DNA of 63,876 bases, the filler included, from Candidatus Tectimicrobiota bacterium (GTDB lineage: Bacteria > JACPSX01): NCBI GenBank assembly GCA_016193065.1. It is 8 parts of 8 records of this genome, joined end to end, with 100 filler letters (N's around TTAATTAATTAA, not from the genome) between each part and the next. Parts side by side here need not be neighbours in the genome. Positions count along the whole stretch, not along the records: positions 31,029 to 35,887 come from JACPSX010000156.1; positions 35,988 to 42,031 come from JACPSX010000157.1; positions 42,132 to 46,811 come from JACPSX010000158.1; 5 more parts are not named here. One strand, written 5' to 3'. Each line of letters opens with the position of its first letter. Position 1 is the stretch's first letter. The position numbers and the translations under genes were made by a program. The notes below the pieces were generated by a model that saw only the letters and a list, made by a program, of their open reading frames with translations, did not search any database and was not told where the DNA came from. Below are positions 31,562-42,417 of the stretch, piece by piece.

Positions 31562-31666
31562 AGAAAGGTTTTCCTGCCTTCTAGAAATTGCTGCCGGCGG
31601 GGCACGCGCTTTCCGGAGGTGCAAGGATTTAAGCCGGGCGCGCAATTCGGAGCGGAGGGTTGTCGG

Positions 31667-32038
31667 GTGCCGACTATCAGCCAGTTAGTGCGAACGGGGC
31701 GAACCCAGAGCAAGTACAAAACGAACAGCCCCGCCCTGCGTAGCTGTCCCCAGAAGCGGGGGGTTTGCATCCGGGTGTACACTTCGACGCCCAAGAAACC
31801 CAATTCGGCGCTGCGCAAGGTGGCCCGCGTCCGTTTGACCAACGGCATCGAGGTCACAACGTACATCCCGGGGATTGGTCATAACCTGCAGGAGCACGCC
31901 ATCGTTCTCATCCGCGGGGGGCGGGTCAAGGACCTGCCCGGCGTGCGTTACCACATCATCCGGGGCACGCTGGATACCATGGGCGTGCAGAACCGCAAGC
32001 AAAGTCGCTCCAAGTACGGAGCCAAGAAGCCCAAATAG
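31667..32038 (+). CDS. rpsL: 30S ribosomal protein S12
   Basis: [31 protein letters not shown]. Confidence 0.99.
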   Translation: MPTISQLVRTGRTQSKYKTNSPALRSCPQKRGVCIRVYTSTPKKPNSALRKVARVRLTNGIEVTTYIPGIGHNLQEHAIVLIRGGRVKDLPGVRYHIIRGTLDTMGVQNRKQSRSKYGAKKPK

Positions 32039-32527
<489 letters not shown>

Positions 32528-32553
32528 GGTGTGGTTGGAGGTTTCTGAGTCCA

Positions 32554-34662
32554 GTGCCGAATCGGGTGTCGCTTGAAAAGGTTCGCAACATAGGGATCAT
32601 TGCCCACATTGACGCGGGCAAGACCACGACCACCGAGCGCGTTCTCTACTATACGGGGAAATCCCATAAGATGGGGGAAGTGCACGAGGGTTCCGCGACC
32701 ATGGACTGGATGGCCCAGGAACAAGAGCGCGGGATCACCATCACCTCCGCGGCCACGACCTGTTTCTGGAAAGAGCACAGGATCAATATCATCGATACGC
32801 CGGGCCACGTGGATTTCACCGTGGAAGTGGAGCGCTCTCTGCGCGTCCTGGACGGGGCCGTGGGGATCTTCTGCGCCGTGGGGGGGGTTGAGCCGCAGTC
32901 GGAGACGGTCTGGCGCCAGGCGGATAAATACGGGGTTCCGCGGCTTGCTTTTATCAACAAGATGGATCGCCCTGGGGCCGATTTTGAGCGCTGCGTCGAG
33001 CTCATCCGGGAACGGCTCGGGACGGTTCCTTTGCCCATCCAGGTCCCCCTGGGAAGTGAGGAAGTATTTCAGGGGATGGTGGACCTGATCGGGCAACAGG
33101 CCATCTTCTACGACCGGGACACCTTGGGGGCCCAATTCCGGGTGGAAGAGATCCCGGAAGCAATCCGCCCGCAGGTGGCAAAGGCGCGGGAGAGGATGCT
33201 GGAGGCGCTGGCCGATCTCGATGAAGCGATTATGGAAAAATATCTAAACGAGGGGGATCTTTCCGTGGCCGAGATCGAGGCCGCCATTCGCAAGGGGACT
33301 CTCGGTCAGAAGTTTGTCCCCGTCCTGTGCGGCGCCGCTTTCAAGAACAAGGGAGTGCAGTTGCTCCTGGATGCCATCGTCAAGTTTCTCCCCTCGCCCC
33401 TGGATGTTCCCCCTGTGCAGGGCCCCCGCGAGCTGGGATCCGAGCAGATCGAGGCGCGCCCCGCCAGCGACGAGGCTCCTCTGGCGGCCCTGGCTTTCAA
33501 GATCATGACGGACCCCTATGTGGGGCAGCTGGCCTTCTTGCGGGTTTATTCGGGGGTCTTGCGGGCGGGTTCCTATGTCTACAACTCCAGCAAGGATCTT
33601 CAGGAAAGGGTCTCCCGGCTCTTGCTCATGCACGCCAACAAGCGGGAGGAGATCGAGGAGGCTCGCGCCGGAGACATCGTCGCCGCCCTGGGTTTAAAGA
33701 AGACCGGCACGGGGGATACTCTCTGTCCGGAGGATCAACCCATCGTCCTGGAATCCATGCAGTTTCCCGAGCCGGTGATTTCCGTGGCCATCGAGCCCAA
33801 GACCAAAGCCGACCAGGAAAGGATGGGCGCCTCTCTGGCCAAGCTCAGCCAGGAAGATCCCACCTTCCTCGTCACGAGCGACAGCGACACCGGCCAGACC
33901 ATCATCTCCGGCATGGGGGAGCTTCATCTGGAGATTCTCATCGATCGCCTGCTGCGGGAATTTCGGGTTGAGGCCAATGTTTCCAGGCCCCAGGTGGCTT
34001 ACAAGGAGACCATCCGGGGTTCGGCCGAGGCCCGAGGGCGGTTCGTGCGCCAGACCGGAGGGCGTGGTCAGTACGGGGATGTAGAGCTGCGGGTGGAGCC
34101 CCTGAGGCGCGGCGCCGGTTTTGAGTTTGTGGTGGCCATCGTGGGAGGGGCAATTCCGAGGGAGTTTTTCTCCGCCGTGGAGCAGGGAGTCCGGGAGGCC
34201 ATGGAAGGCGGAGTTCTGGCCAATTATCCCCTGATTGACCTCAAGGCGACTCTATTCGATGGATCCTATCATGATGTGGACTCTTCGGAGCTGGCCTTCA
34301 AGATCGCCGGCTCTCTGGCCTTCAAGGCGGCGGTGAGAAAGGCGGGGATCGTCTTGCTGGAGCCTGTCATGCGCGTGGAAGTGGTAGCTCCCAATGAGTA
34401 CCTGGGGGATGTTCTCGGGGACCTGAGTTCTCGCCGGGGCAAGATCGAAGAGATACGGTCCCGGGCAGGAGCCGAAGTCATCACGGCCAAGGTGCCCCTG
34501 GGGGAGATGTTCGGATATGCCACCGACCTGCGATCATACACCCAAGGGCGCGGTACGTTCACGATGGAATTTTTCAGGTACGAGGAGGTGCCCGCTTCTC
34601 TTGCTGAAGAAGTGATCTCTCGGGGGCAGGGTTTTTTCCTTGAGAAGCGGACAGCTGTTTAA
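32554..34662 (+). CDS. fusA: elongation factor G
   Basis: [30 protein letters not shown]. Confidence 0.98.
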   Translation: MPNRVSLEKVRNIGIIAHIDAGKTTTTERVLYYTGKSHKMGEVHEGSATMDWMAQEQERGITITSAATTCFWKEHRINIIDTPGHVDFTVEVERSLRVLDGAVGIFCAVGGVEPQSETVWRQADKYGVPRLAFINKMDRPGADFERCVELIRERLGTVPLPIQVPLGSEEVFQGMVDLIGQQAIFYDRDTLGAQFRVEEIPEAIRPQVAKARERMLEALADLDEAIMEKYLNEGDLSVAEIEAAIRKGTLGQKFVPVLCGAAFKNKGVQLLLDAIVKFLPSPLDVPPVQGPRELGSEQIEARPASDEAPLAALAFKIMTDPYVGQLAFLRVYSGVLRAGSYVYNSSKDLQERVSRLLLMHANKREEIEEARAGDIVAALGLKKTGTGDTLCPEDQPIVLESMQFPEPVISVAIEPKTKADQERMGASLAKLSQEDPTFLVTSDSDTGQTIISGMGELHLEILIDRLLREFRVEANVSRPQVAYKETIRGSAEARGRFVRQTGGRGQYGDVELRVEPLRRGAGFEFVVAIVGGAIPREFFSAVEQGVREAMEGGVLANYPLIDLKATLFDGSYHDVDSSELAFKIAGSLAFKAAVRKAGIVLLEPVMRVEVVAPNEYLGDVLGDLSSRRGKIEEIRSRAGAEVITAKVPLGEMFGYATDLRSYTQGRGTFTMEFFRYEEVPASLAEEVISRGQGFFLEKRTAV

Positions 34663-34715
34663 CGGGTGTCGGTCTGAGGGGATAGTCCTGGCCGTTTTCG
34701 TGGAGGGAAAGGGGA

Positions 34716-35887
<1,172 letters not shown>

Positions 35888-35987
35888 NNNNNNNNNNNNN
35901 NNNNNNNNNNNNNNNNNNNNNNNNNNNNNNNTTAATTAATTAANNNNNNNNNNNNNNNNNNNNNNNNNNNNNNNNNNNNNNNNNNNN

Positions 35988-37535
35988 CGGACGGCCTCCA
36001 TCGTCTGGGACCTGCAGTATGACTGGGCCGACCAGGAATGGATGGCCGGCCGTCACAAGCGGAACGCCCTCGATGCTCCCGTAGCCATTTACGAGGTCCA
36101 CCTGGGTTCGTGGAGGCGCGTTCTCGAAGACGGGAACCGCTCTCTCTCCTACCGGGAGCTCGCCCTTTCCCTGACCGAGTACGTCGTCGAGATGGGCTAC
36201 ACTCACGTAGAGCTGCTGCCGGTCATGGAGCACCCGTTTTTCGGCTCCTGGGGATATCAGACAGCGGGTTACTTCGCCCCGGACAGCCGGTATGGGACCC
36301 CGCAGGACCTCATGGTTCTCATCGACACGCTTCACCAGCACGGCATCGGCGTGATCCTGGATTGGGTCCCCTCCCACTTCCCGGCCGATGAACACGGGCT
36401 GGTCTATTTCGACGGGACCTGCCTCTACGAGCATGCCTATCCGCAGAAGGGGTTTCATCCGGACTGGAAAAGCTACATCTTCAACCACGGCCGCAACGAG
36501 GTGCGGGCTTTTCTGATCAGCAACGCTCTCTTCTGGCTGGATAAATACCACGCCGACGGCCTGCGGGTCGACGCCGTCGCCTCCATGCTCTACCTGGATT
36601 ACTCCCGGAAGGAAGGCGAGTGGATGCCGAACATCTACGGCGGGCGCGAAAACCTGGAGGCCATTTCCTTCCTCAAGCGCATGAACGAAGCGGTGTACGG
36701 GGCGTTTCCCGACGTGCAGACCATCGCCGAGGAGTCCACCGCCTGGCCCATGGTTTCCCGGCCGGTTTATGTGGGCGGCCTGGGCTTCGGCATGAAATGG
36801 AACATGGGATGGATGCACGATACCCTGGAGTACTTCTGCAAAGACCCCGTCCATCGCCAATATCATCACAACCGGATCACCTTCAGCATCTTGTATGCCT
36901 TTTCGGAGAACTTCGTGCTGCCCCTGTCCCACGATGAGGTGGTGCACGGGAAAGGCTCCTTGCTGGGAGCAATGCCGGGGAACGACTGGCAGCGCTTTGC
37001 CAACCTGCGGCTCCTGTACGGCTTCCTGTACGCACATCCAGGCAAGAAGTTGATGTTCATGGGAGGGGAATTTGGACAGTGGAGCGAATGGAACCACGAC
37101 GCCGGCCTGGAATGGCACCTGCTGCAATTTCCTCCCCATCAAGGGGTGAAACGCTGGGTAAAAGATTTAAACATCTTTTACCGCAGCGAGCCCGCCCTTT
37201 ATCAGGTGGACTTCGACAACAAAGGATTTGAATGGATCGATTGCAACGATCACACGAACAGCATCCTGAGTTTCCTGCGCCGCGGCCAGGATCCGAACAA
37301 TCTCTTGGCCATCGTCTGTAACTTCACCCCCGTACCGCGTCACCACTGCCGCGTGGGAGTTCCACTAGGCGGATACTGGCAGGAAGTGCTCAACAGCGAT
37401 GCCTCCCTTTACGGGGGCAGCGGTCTGGGAAACCTCGGGGGAGTGAGCGCCTCTCCGGTTTCAACCCACGGGCGGCCCTATTCACTCGACGTGACGGTTC
37501 CTCCCTTGGCCGCAGTCATTTTCAAACCCGAATGA
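35988..37535 (+). CDS. glgB: 1,4-alpha-glucan branching enzyme (5' partial)
   Basis: [43 protein letters not shown]. Confidence 0.97.
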   Translation, partial: RTASIVWDLQYDWADQEWMAGRHKRNALDAPVAIYEVHLGSWRRVLEDGNRSLSYRELALSLTEYVVEMGYTHVELLPVMEHPFFGSWGYQTAGYFAPDSRYGTPQDLMVLIDTLHQHGIGVILDWVPSHFPADEHGLVYFDGTCLYEHAYPQKGFHPDWKSYIFNHGRNEVRAFLISNALFWLDKYHADGLRVDAVASMLYLDYSRKEGEWMPNIYGGRENLEAISFLKRMNEAVYGAFPDVQTIAEESTAWPMVSRPVYVGGLGFGMKWNMGWMHDTLEYFCKDPVHRQYHHNRITFSILYAFSENFVLPLSHDEVVHGKGSLLGAMPGNDWQRFANLRLLYGFLYAHPGKKLMFMGGEFGQWSEWNHDAGLEWHLLQFPPHQGVKRWVKDLNIFYRSEPALYQVDFDNKGFEWIDCNDHTNSILSFLRRGQDPNNLLAIVCNFTPVPRHHCRVGVPLGGYWQEVLNSDASLYGGSGLGNLGGVSASPVSTHGRPYSLDVTVPPLAAVIFKPE

Positions 37536-37605
37536 AGTGAACCATGGACGCGAGAGGCGGCTCAGCCGGGACAGTGTCCTGAGTCAGAAATCCGCGCACT
37601 AAAAT

Positions 37606-37717
37606 CCCCTCTCCCCGGGTACCCCGGGTGCCCTTTGGGCGTGCGGAGAGGGCTAGGGTGAGGGGGGCTCCCGCTGTATACACCCTCATCCCCCTCCTCT
37701 CCCTTAGAAGGGAGGAG
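37606..37717. repeat. REP-like palindromes (CCCCTCTCCC...GGAGAGGGCTAGGGTGAGGGG family); related copy at 57480-57520
   Basis: Inverted repeats and a shared ccctcaccct(a/g)gccctctcc motif in two contigs. Confidence 0.6.
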
Positions 37718-37870
37718 TGCAAAGACAGTCCAGATCGTGGTGGAAATAGTCATCGGATTTCTAACTCACCACACGAGACGGGAGAAGGCGTCCGGAGAAA
37801 TGCCAGGGGAACCAACAAGGAGTATAATAAGTTTTGCAAAGTCCCGAGCAATCCCAGGAGAGCACGTCTC

Positions 37871-39604
37871 ATGAGCACCGGTGAAGAAAGGGAAAATTCT
37901 TCTTCCCTCCGTCGCAAACTCGAAGAGAAGAGGGCGAAGTTTTACTCCCGCCGGACTCCCCGGGAGCGCCTGGAAACTGTCCTGTCCGATCCGGAGGGAG
38001 AAATTCTCATCCGCTCCCTGCCTCCCGTGGAACTCCACCTGTTCACCCGCGAGGTGGACCCCGAGGACCGGATCCCTCTGGTGGAGATGGCTTCCATGGA
38101 CCAGATCCAGCGCATGATGGACTTTTCCTGCTGGAAAAAAGACACCCTCGACATCGACTCCTTGAGCCAGTGGATCCAAACCCTGCGGGATTGCAGCCCC
38201 GCCAAACTTACCGAGGCCCTGGAGAATCTCGACACGGAGTTATGGGTCCTTTTCCTGCGCCATCACCTGGAGATCGGCAAGACGGGAGACGACCGGGAAC
38301 TAATGGAGGAAGAACGCTCCTACGATCTCAGCTTCGATGACCTCTATTTTTTCCGCTACAGGTGCTCCGAAGACATCCAGCCCCTCGTCTTCCAGTGCCT
38401 CGAGGAGATCTACCGTTTGGGGCCGGCCCGCACCGCCCCAGTTCTGGAAGGAGCACTGTGGGAAATGGACGCTCCCCTGCAGGAGGAAGCGTACCGCCTG
38501 CGCCAGGGGCGCATGGAAGAAAGCGGCTTCCCGGATTACTTCGAGGCCTTGCGGATCTACCAGATCCAGAACCGCAGTCCCGATCTGAAAGAGGAACCGC
38601 CGAAGCCGGCTGACTTCCCCGAGAAGGACAGTAAAGCGCCGGACGAGTTTCCACCCCAGTACGCCCTGGTGTTTGCGGATTCAGGTCCCTCGTTCCTCAA
38701 AAGAACCCTGGAACAAGGCATTCCGTCCGAGCGCATGGAGCATCTCTGGTGGGAGCTCACCTACCTCTGCCACAAGGTTTTCATTGCGGATCAGGTGGAC
38801 CTGGGAGACCGGGAGGAGATCACCCAGGCCCTCGCCCGTACCCACGACCTGCTCAGCCTGTCCCTCGAGAACTTGAGCGCCGGCCGCTTGGAACAGTCCC
38901 GCTTCCTGCTTCAGGAGCATTTTGCCGAAGCGATTTTCCGGGCCGGATACAACCTGACCCAGAGTCTGCGGCACCGTGCCCTCGCTTTGGCCCGGCAGGG
39001 GTGGCTCGCCCGGGCCCCGGGGCTCTCCTTTCTGGATTCCCCGAGCGAGGAGGTCCTGAGAGGACTAGACCACCGCCATCCCCGATTCCCTCTGGTTTTG
39101 GACCCCGGGGGAAAACCGGGTTTCCGGGACGTAAAGACGCTGGAAGACATCACCCGGTTGGAGAGAGAACTGACGATCATCGAGAGCATCGGCGAAGTCC
39201 TTCCCGTCCTCCTCAACTCTTCCTGGCCGCAGATTTTCAGGCTGGATCTGTCCGGATGTCTCCCCGATTCGTGGCAGGAGATGCAGTTGAGCACCCTCTT
39301 CCTCACGGGCTTTGCGAACGAACAACTGGGCCATGGATTTCACCTGCTCCCGATCCACGCCAGGGATTTAAGACATCTCCATCACGGCTGCCGGGAGCAC
39401 GAAGCTGCGGTCTTAAAAAAAGAGATCAAGAAACGGTTCGAGACCGATCTGGGCCGGTGCTTTGGAAGCGACTCCGCGCGGCTTGCAGGCGCCATAGACT
39501 ATGTGCGCAGATGCTGGCGGATTTTTGAAGAGGAATTTCTCGCGATCAACCCCCATGAATCCATCGACCCGCGGTTCATTCGAAGTCTCCTGGTTCGGGG
39601 TTGA
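37871..39604 (+). CDS. DUF6178-like hypothetical protein
   Basis: MDFSCWKKD...W...EEAYRLRQGRMEESGFPDYFEA pattern. Confidence 0.7.
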   Translation: MSTGEERENSSSLRRKLEEKRAKFYSRRTPRERLETVLSDPEGEILIRSLPPVELHLFTREVDPEDRIPLVEMASMDQIQRMMDFSCWKKDTLDIDSLSQWIQTLRDCSPAKLTEALENLDTELWVLFLRHHLEIGKTGDDRELMEEERSYDLSFDDLYFFRYRCSEDIQPLVFQCLEEIYRLGPARTAPVLEGALWEMDAPLQEEAYRLRQGRMEESGFPDYFEALRIYQIQNRSPDLKEEPPKPADFPEKDSKAPDEFPPQYALVFADSGPSFLKRTLEQGIPSERMEHLWWELTYLCHKVFIADQVDLGDREEITQALARTHDLLSLSLENLSAGRLEQSRFLLQEHFAEAIFRAGYNLTQSLRHRALALARQGWLARAPGLSFLDSPSEEVLRGLDHRHPRFPLVLDPGGKPGFRDVKTLEDITRLERELTIIESIGEVLPVLLNSSWPQIFRLDLSGCLPDSWQEMQLSTLFLTGFANEQLGHGFHLLPIHARDLRHLHHGCREHEAAVLKKEIKKRFETDLGRCFGSDSARLAGAIDYVRRCWRIFEEEFLAINPHESIDPRFIRSLLVRG

Positions 39605-39609
39605 ACTCC

Positions 39610-40527
39610 ATGCCCACGAAGCTCCTGGAGATCCTGGGACGCTACCGCCCTCTCATTGAGGATTGGGAAGGGTGGCTCGCGGCGCTGGAGAACCCTGCTC
39701 CGACCTACGCTCGCCTGAATACACTGAAAGGAAGCGAATCGGAAATTTGCGACCTCATGTCCCGTAGCGGGCTGCACCTGGTCCCGACCCTGGTTCCCAC
39801 CTGCTACGAACTGCGCGATTGCGACCACCCGGGCCATCTGCCCATGTACTTTCAAGGTCTCTTCCACTCCCAGGATCTCACCTCTGCCGTGCCTTCCTGG
39901 TTCTTGAACCCTGCCGCCGGGGAAATGGTCCTGGATCTGTGCGCCGCGCCGGGCAGCAAGACCAGCCACCTGGCCCAGCTCATGGAAAACCAGGGACTCA
40001 TCATCGCCAACGAGATCCAGACCCACCGCCTGAAGAGTCTGGTAGCGAACCTGGAGCGATTGGGTGTAACCAATGCGGCGATCACCCGCTATGCGGGCCA
40101 GGACTTCCCCCTGCGCATCCAGTTCGACCGGATCCTTGTGGACGCCCCCTGTTCCGGTGAGGGAACACTGCGGGCACGGGAAGCCCGGCGCTACGATTCC
40201 GCGCCACGGCTCCACGAGCGCCTGGCCAACGTACAAGGTCGGTTACTCGTGCGGGCCTTGAAGCTGCTGCGTCCGGGAGGGACCTTGATTTATTCGACGT
40301 GCACGTATGCCCCCGAAGAAAATGAAGAGGTGGTGGACGGATTCCTCCGGCAAGGAGGAGTTCAGATTGAGGAAGTTTCCTGTCCCCTGCCCCATCACCC
40401 GGGGATCACAACCTGGAACGACAAAACCTATTCCTCCGAGGTGACCAAATGCCTGCGGTTTTACCCCTCGGAGGTCAACTCAACGGGGTTTTTCATTGCT
40501 CAATTTCGCAAGACCGGAGACTTATAG
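39610..40527 (+). CDS. RsmB/RsmF (NOL1/NOP2/Sun) RNA m5C methyltransferase
   Basis: LDLCAAPGSKT, DAPCSGEG, YSTCT...ENE. Confidence 0.93.
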   Translation: MPTKLLEILGRYRPLIEDWEGWLAALENPAPTYARLNTLKGSESEICDLMSRSGLHLVPTLVPTCYELRDCDHPGHLPMYFQGLFHSQDLTSAVPSWFLNPAAGEMVLDLCAAPGSKTSHLAQLMENQGLIIANEIQTHRLKSLVANLERLGVTNAAITRYAGQDFPLRIQFDRILVDAPCSGEGTLRAREARRYDSAPRLHERLANVQGRLLVRALKLLRPGGTLIYSTCTYAPEENEEVVDGFLRQGGVQIEEVSCPLPHHPGITTWNDKTYSSEVTKCLRFYPSEVNSTGFFIAQFRKTGDL

Positions 40528-40966
40528 CGCGGTTCTCTCTTATTTGGCCGCACGCTTCGGAATTCCCGAGGAAATCTTTGCAGCCTACGGGATTCTGGAC
40601 GCCGGGAGCAATTTACGCCTTGTGTCCGCAAGCCCCCACCTGGATTCCCTGTCCGCAATCAAGGTGGAGGTAGTGGGACTGCGGCTGGTTCGTAAGACAA
40701 ACAAGGGTTGGAAGCCGACCAGCGCCGCTCTCCAGTTCCTGGCGCCGTGGATTACTAAGAGTCTCGTCCACTTGGAACCCGCCGAAGAAATTCCATTCCT
40801 GCAAGGCCAGGCAATCCAGCGCGCCTTTGAAGTGGAGCCGGGATACGTCGCCGTGCAGGGGCGCACCGGCATCTTGGGCTGCGGCTTGTACCGGCCGCCG
40901 TTTCTCCTCTCCCAAATCCCCGCCTCCAGCCGCGCTCCGTTCTTTTTCAGCGAAGCAAGCGAGTAA
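40496..40966 (+). CDS. hypothetical protein, probably an RsmF C-terminal/NIP7-PUA-like partner
   Basis: RFGIP...GLRL...KPTSAALQ...GYVAV...LGCG; overlaps the methyltransferase gene. Confidence 0.65.
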   Translation: MLNFARPETYSAVLSYLAARFGIPEEIFAAYGILDAGSNLRLVSASPHLDSLSAIKVEVVGLRLVRKTNKGWKPTSAALQFLAPWITKSLVHLEPAEEIPFLQGQAIQRAFEVEPGYVAVQGRTGILGCGLYRPPFLLSQIPASSRAPFFFSEASE

Positions 40967-40986
40967 GCAACTGACAAGGTCACTCA

Positions 40987-41427
40987 TTAACTCACGGCGA
41001 GGGCCTTGGAAAAACTCATCCCCACTTGGAAGAAGTGTTCGTCTTCTGCGAGTACCCGAGAAAGACCGCGCTCTTGCATAATTACCATTGATGTCAGATC
41101 AGTAAACGAGATGTCGAGCTTATCCTGAAACCGCTTCCGAAGTTCCCATGCAGCAACAAAGCGATCCGATGTTATCCGCTCCACTATCAGATGGCCCAAG
41201 GTGGCAGCAGCGAAGAGCCCTTCTGCAAACTTAACGGCTTCTGAAAAGGGTTCTCGCCGAAATAACAAAGTAATGACCTCATCGAGAACATAATCGCTTG
41301 TATATATGGCGACTCGCTGATCCCGGAGTTCCTGATAGAATCTCTTTACCACCGTATGACGAGGATCCCGGCGGTGTCCCAGCGCCATCCACCCCCAGCT
41401 ATCTACAAAGACAGGATCAAGACTCAT
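40987..41427 (-). CDS. PIN domain (VapC-like) toxin
   Basis: VFVDSWGW, TSDYVLDE, SFTDLTS, DEHF. Confidence 0.9.
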   Translation of the reverse strand: MSLDPVFVDSWGWMALGHRRDPRHTVVKRFYQELRDQRVAIYTSDYVLDEVITLLFRREPFSEAVKFAEGLFAAATLGHLIVERITSDRFVAAWELRKRFQDKLDISFTDLTSMVIMQERGLSRVLAEDEHFFQVGMSFSKALAVS

Positions 41428-41639
41428 GGGGTCGCTTCCCGATCACCGTAGAGTTCACGCTCAATCTCCTCCGCCGATAGGGAGCTCCCAGACAGAATTC
41501 CGGCCACTGCCAGCAAGGGTTCTTCTTGCTCTACAACCTTCCGCGAGATGAATTCAATAAAGTCGAGCACCTCACGAAGTGCGGGCTCCGGCAGCTGCTC
41601 CAATCTTTCCAGGATGTTCTCCTTCAGGGATTGCCCCAT
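41424..41639 (-). CDS. DUF2281-like antitoxin
   Basis: LEQLPEPALREVLDFIEFI; 4-bp overlap with the toxin gene. Confidence 0.8.
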   Translation of the reverse strand: MGQSLKENILERLEQLPEPALREVLDFIEFISRKVVEQEEPLLAVAGILSGSSLSAEEIERELYGDREATP

Positions 41640-41815
41640 CTTTCTCCTCCTTCTCTTGGGATTGGATAAGACCGAGTTAAAAGCATTGCCCTCCCCCGCT
41701 ACCCCTTCTTTCTTACCAATATATCATCGCCTCGCTCGCGCAAAAAAGCAACATGACGTTGACCACCGGGGAGCGCAGGGCACCATAAAAAGCCCGTAGT
41801 CTCCTAATTTGATTA

Positions 41816-41923
41816 TTACACCTCGTACACCATCAGAGCCTTGTCGCCATAGTGATTGATGACCTTGATGGCAATTTTACCCTTAGATGGCAGGTCGAAG
41901 GGCCAGCTTTTCGTGGAGTAAAG
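41816..41923 (-). pseudogene. C-terminal remnant of a site-specific DNA methyltransferase (type III Mod-like)
   Basis: LYSTKSWPFDLPSKGKIAIKVINHYGDKALMVYEV*, resembling the KIAVKVINHYGDE C-terminal signature. Confidence 0.65.
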
Positions 41924-41924
41924 G

Positions 41925-42031
41925 GCCGACCCGCGCCGCCCTCCAGTTCCTGGCCCCCTGGATCAGCAAGAGCCTGGTCCAATTGGAACCCGCAGAAGAA
42001 ATCCTCTTCCTGCAAGGCCAGGCCATCCAAC
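41925..42031 (+). repeat. diverged duplicate of 40714-40820 (internal/3' part of the 40496 gene)
   Basis: PTRAALQFLAPWISKSLVQLEPAEEILFLQGQAIQ versus PTSAALQFLAPWITKSLVHLEPAEEIPFLQGQAIQ. Confidence 0.85.
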
Positions 42032-42131
42032 NNNNNNNNNNNNNNNNNNNNNNNNNNNNNNNNNNNNNNNNNNNNTTAATTAATTAANNNNNNNNNNNNN
42101 NNNNNNNNNNNNNNNNNNNNNNNNNNNNNNN

Positions 42132-42290
42132 AGCATCACGAACGGGATTGGGGCGGGGTTTGTTACCTATTCGTTTATCAAGCTGGTGCGAGGCAAAGGG
42201 AGGGAGGTTCACTGGATGATGTATCTGGTGTCGCTTGCCTTCCTGGTCTACTTTGCCATGGCATGGGTGAAAGGCGCGCTGGCCCCCTAA
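42132..42290 (+). CDS. NCS2/AzgA family purine permease, 3' end
   Basis: SITNGIGAGFVTYSFIKLVRGKGREVHWMMY. Confidence 0.85.
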   Translation, partial: SITNGIGAGFVTYSFIKLVRGKGREVHWMMYLVSLAFLVYFAMAWVKGALAP

Positions 42291-42417
42291 GATGTGAAGG
42301 GGAAGGTTGGGCCCGGGGATCTTTTAAAAGAAACGGGCCGGATGTAATTATCCGGGCGGCAAATGTCGATATAATGAACCGTATCGGCGGGCAGGATACT
42401 GACACTTTTCACAGAGG

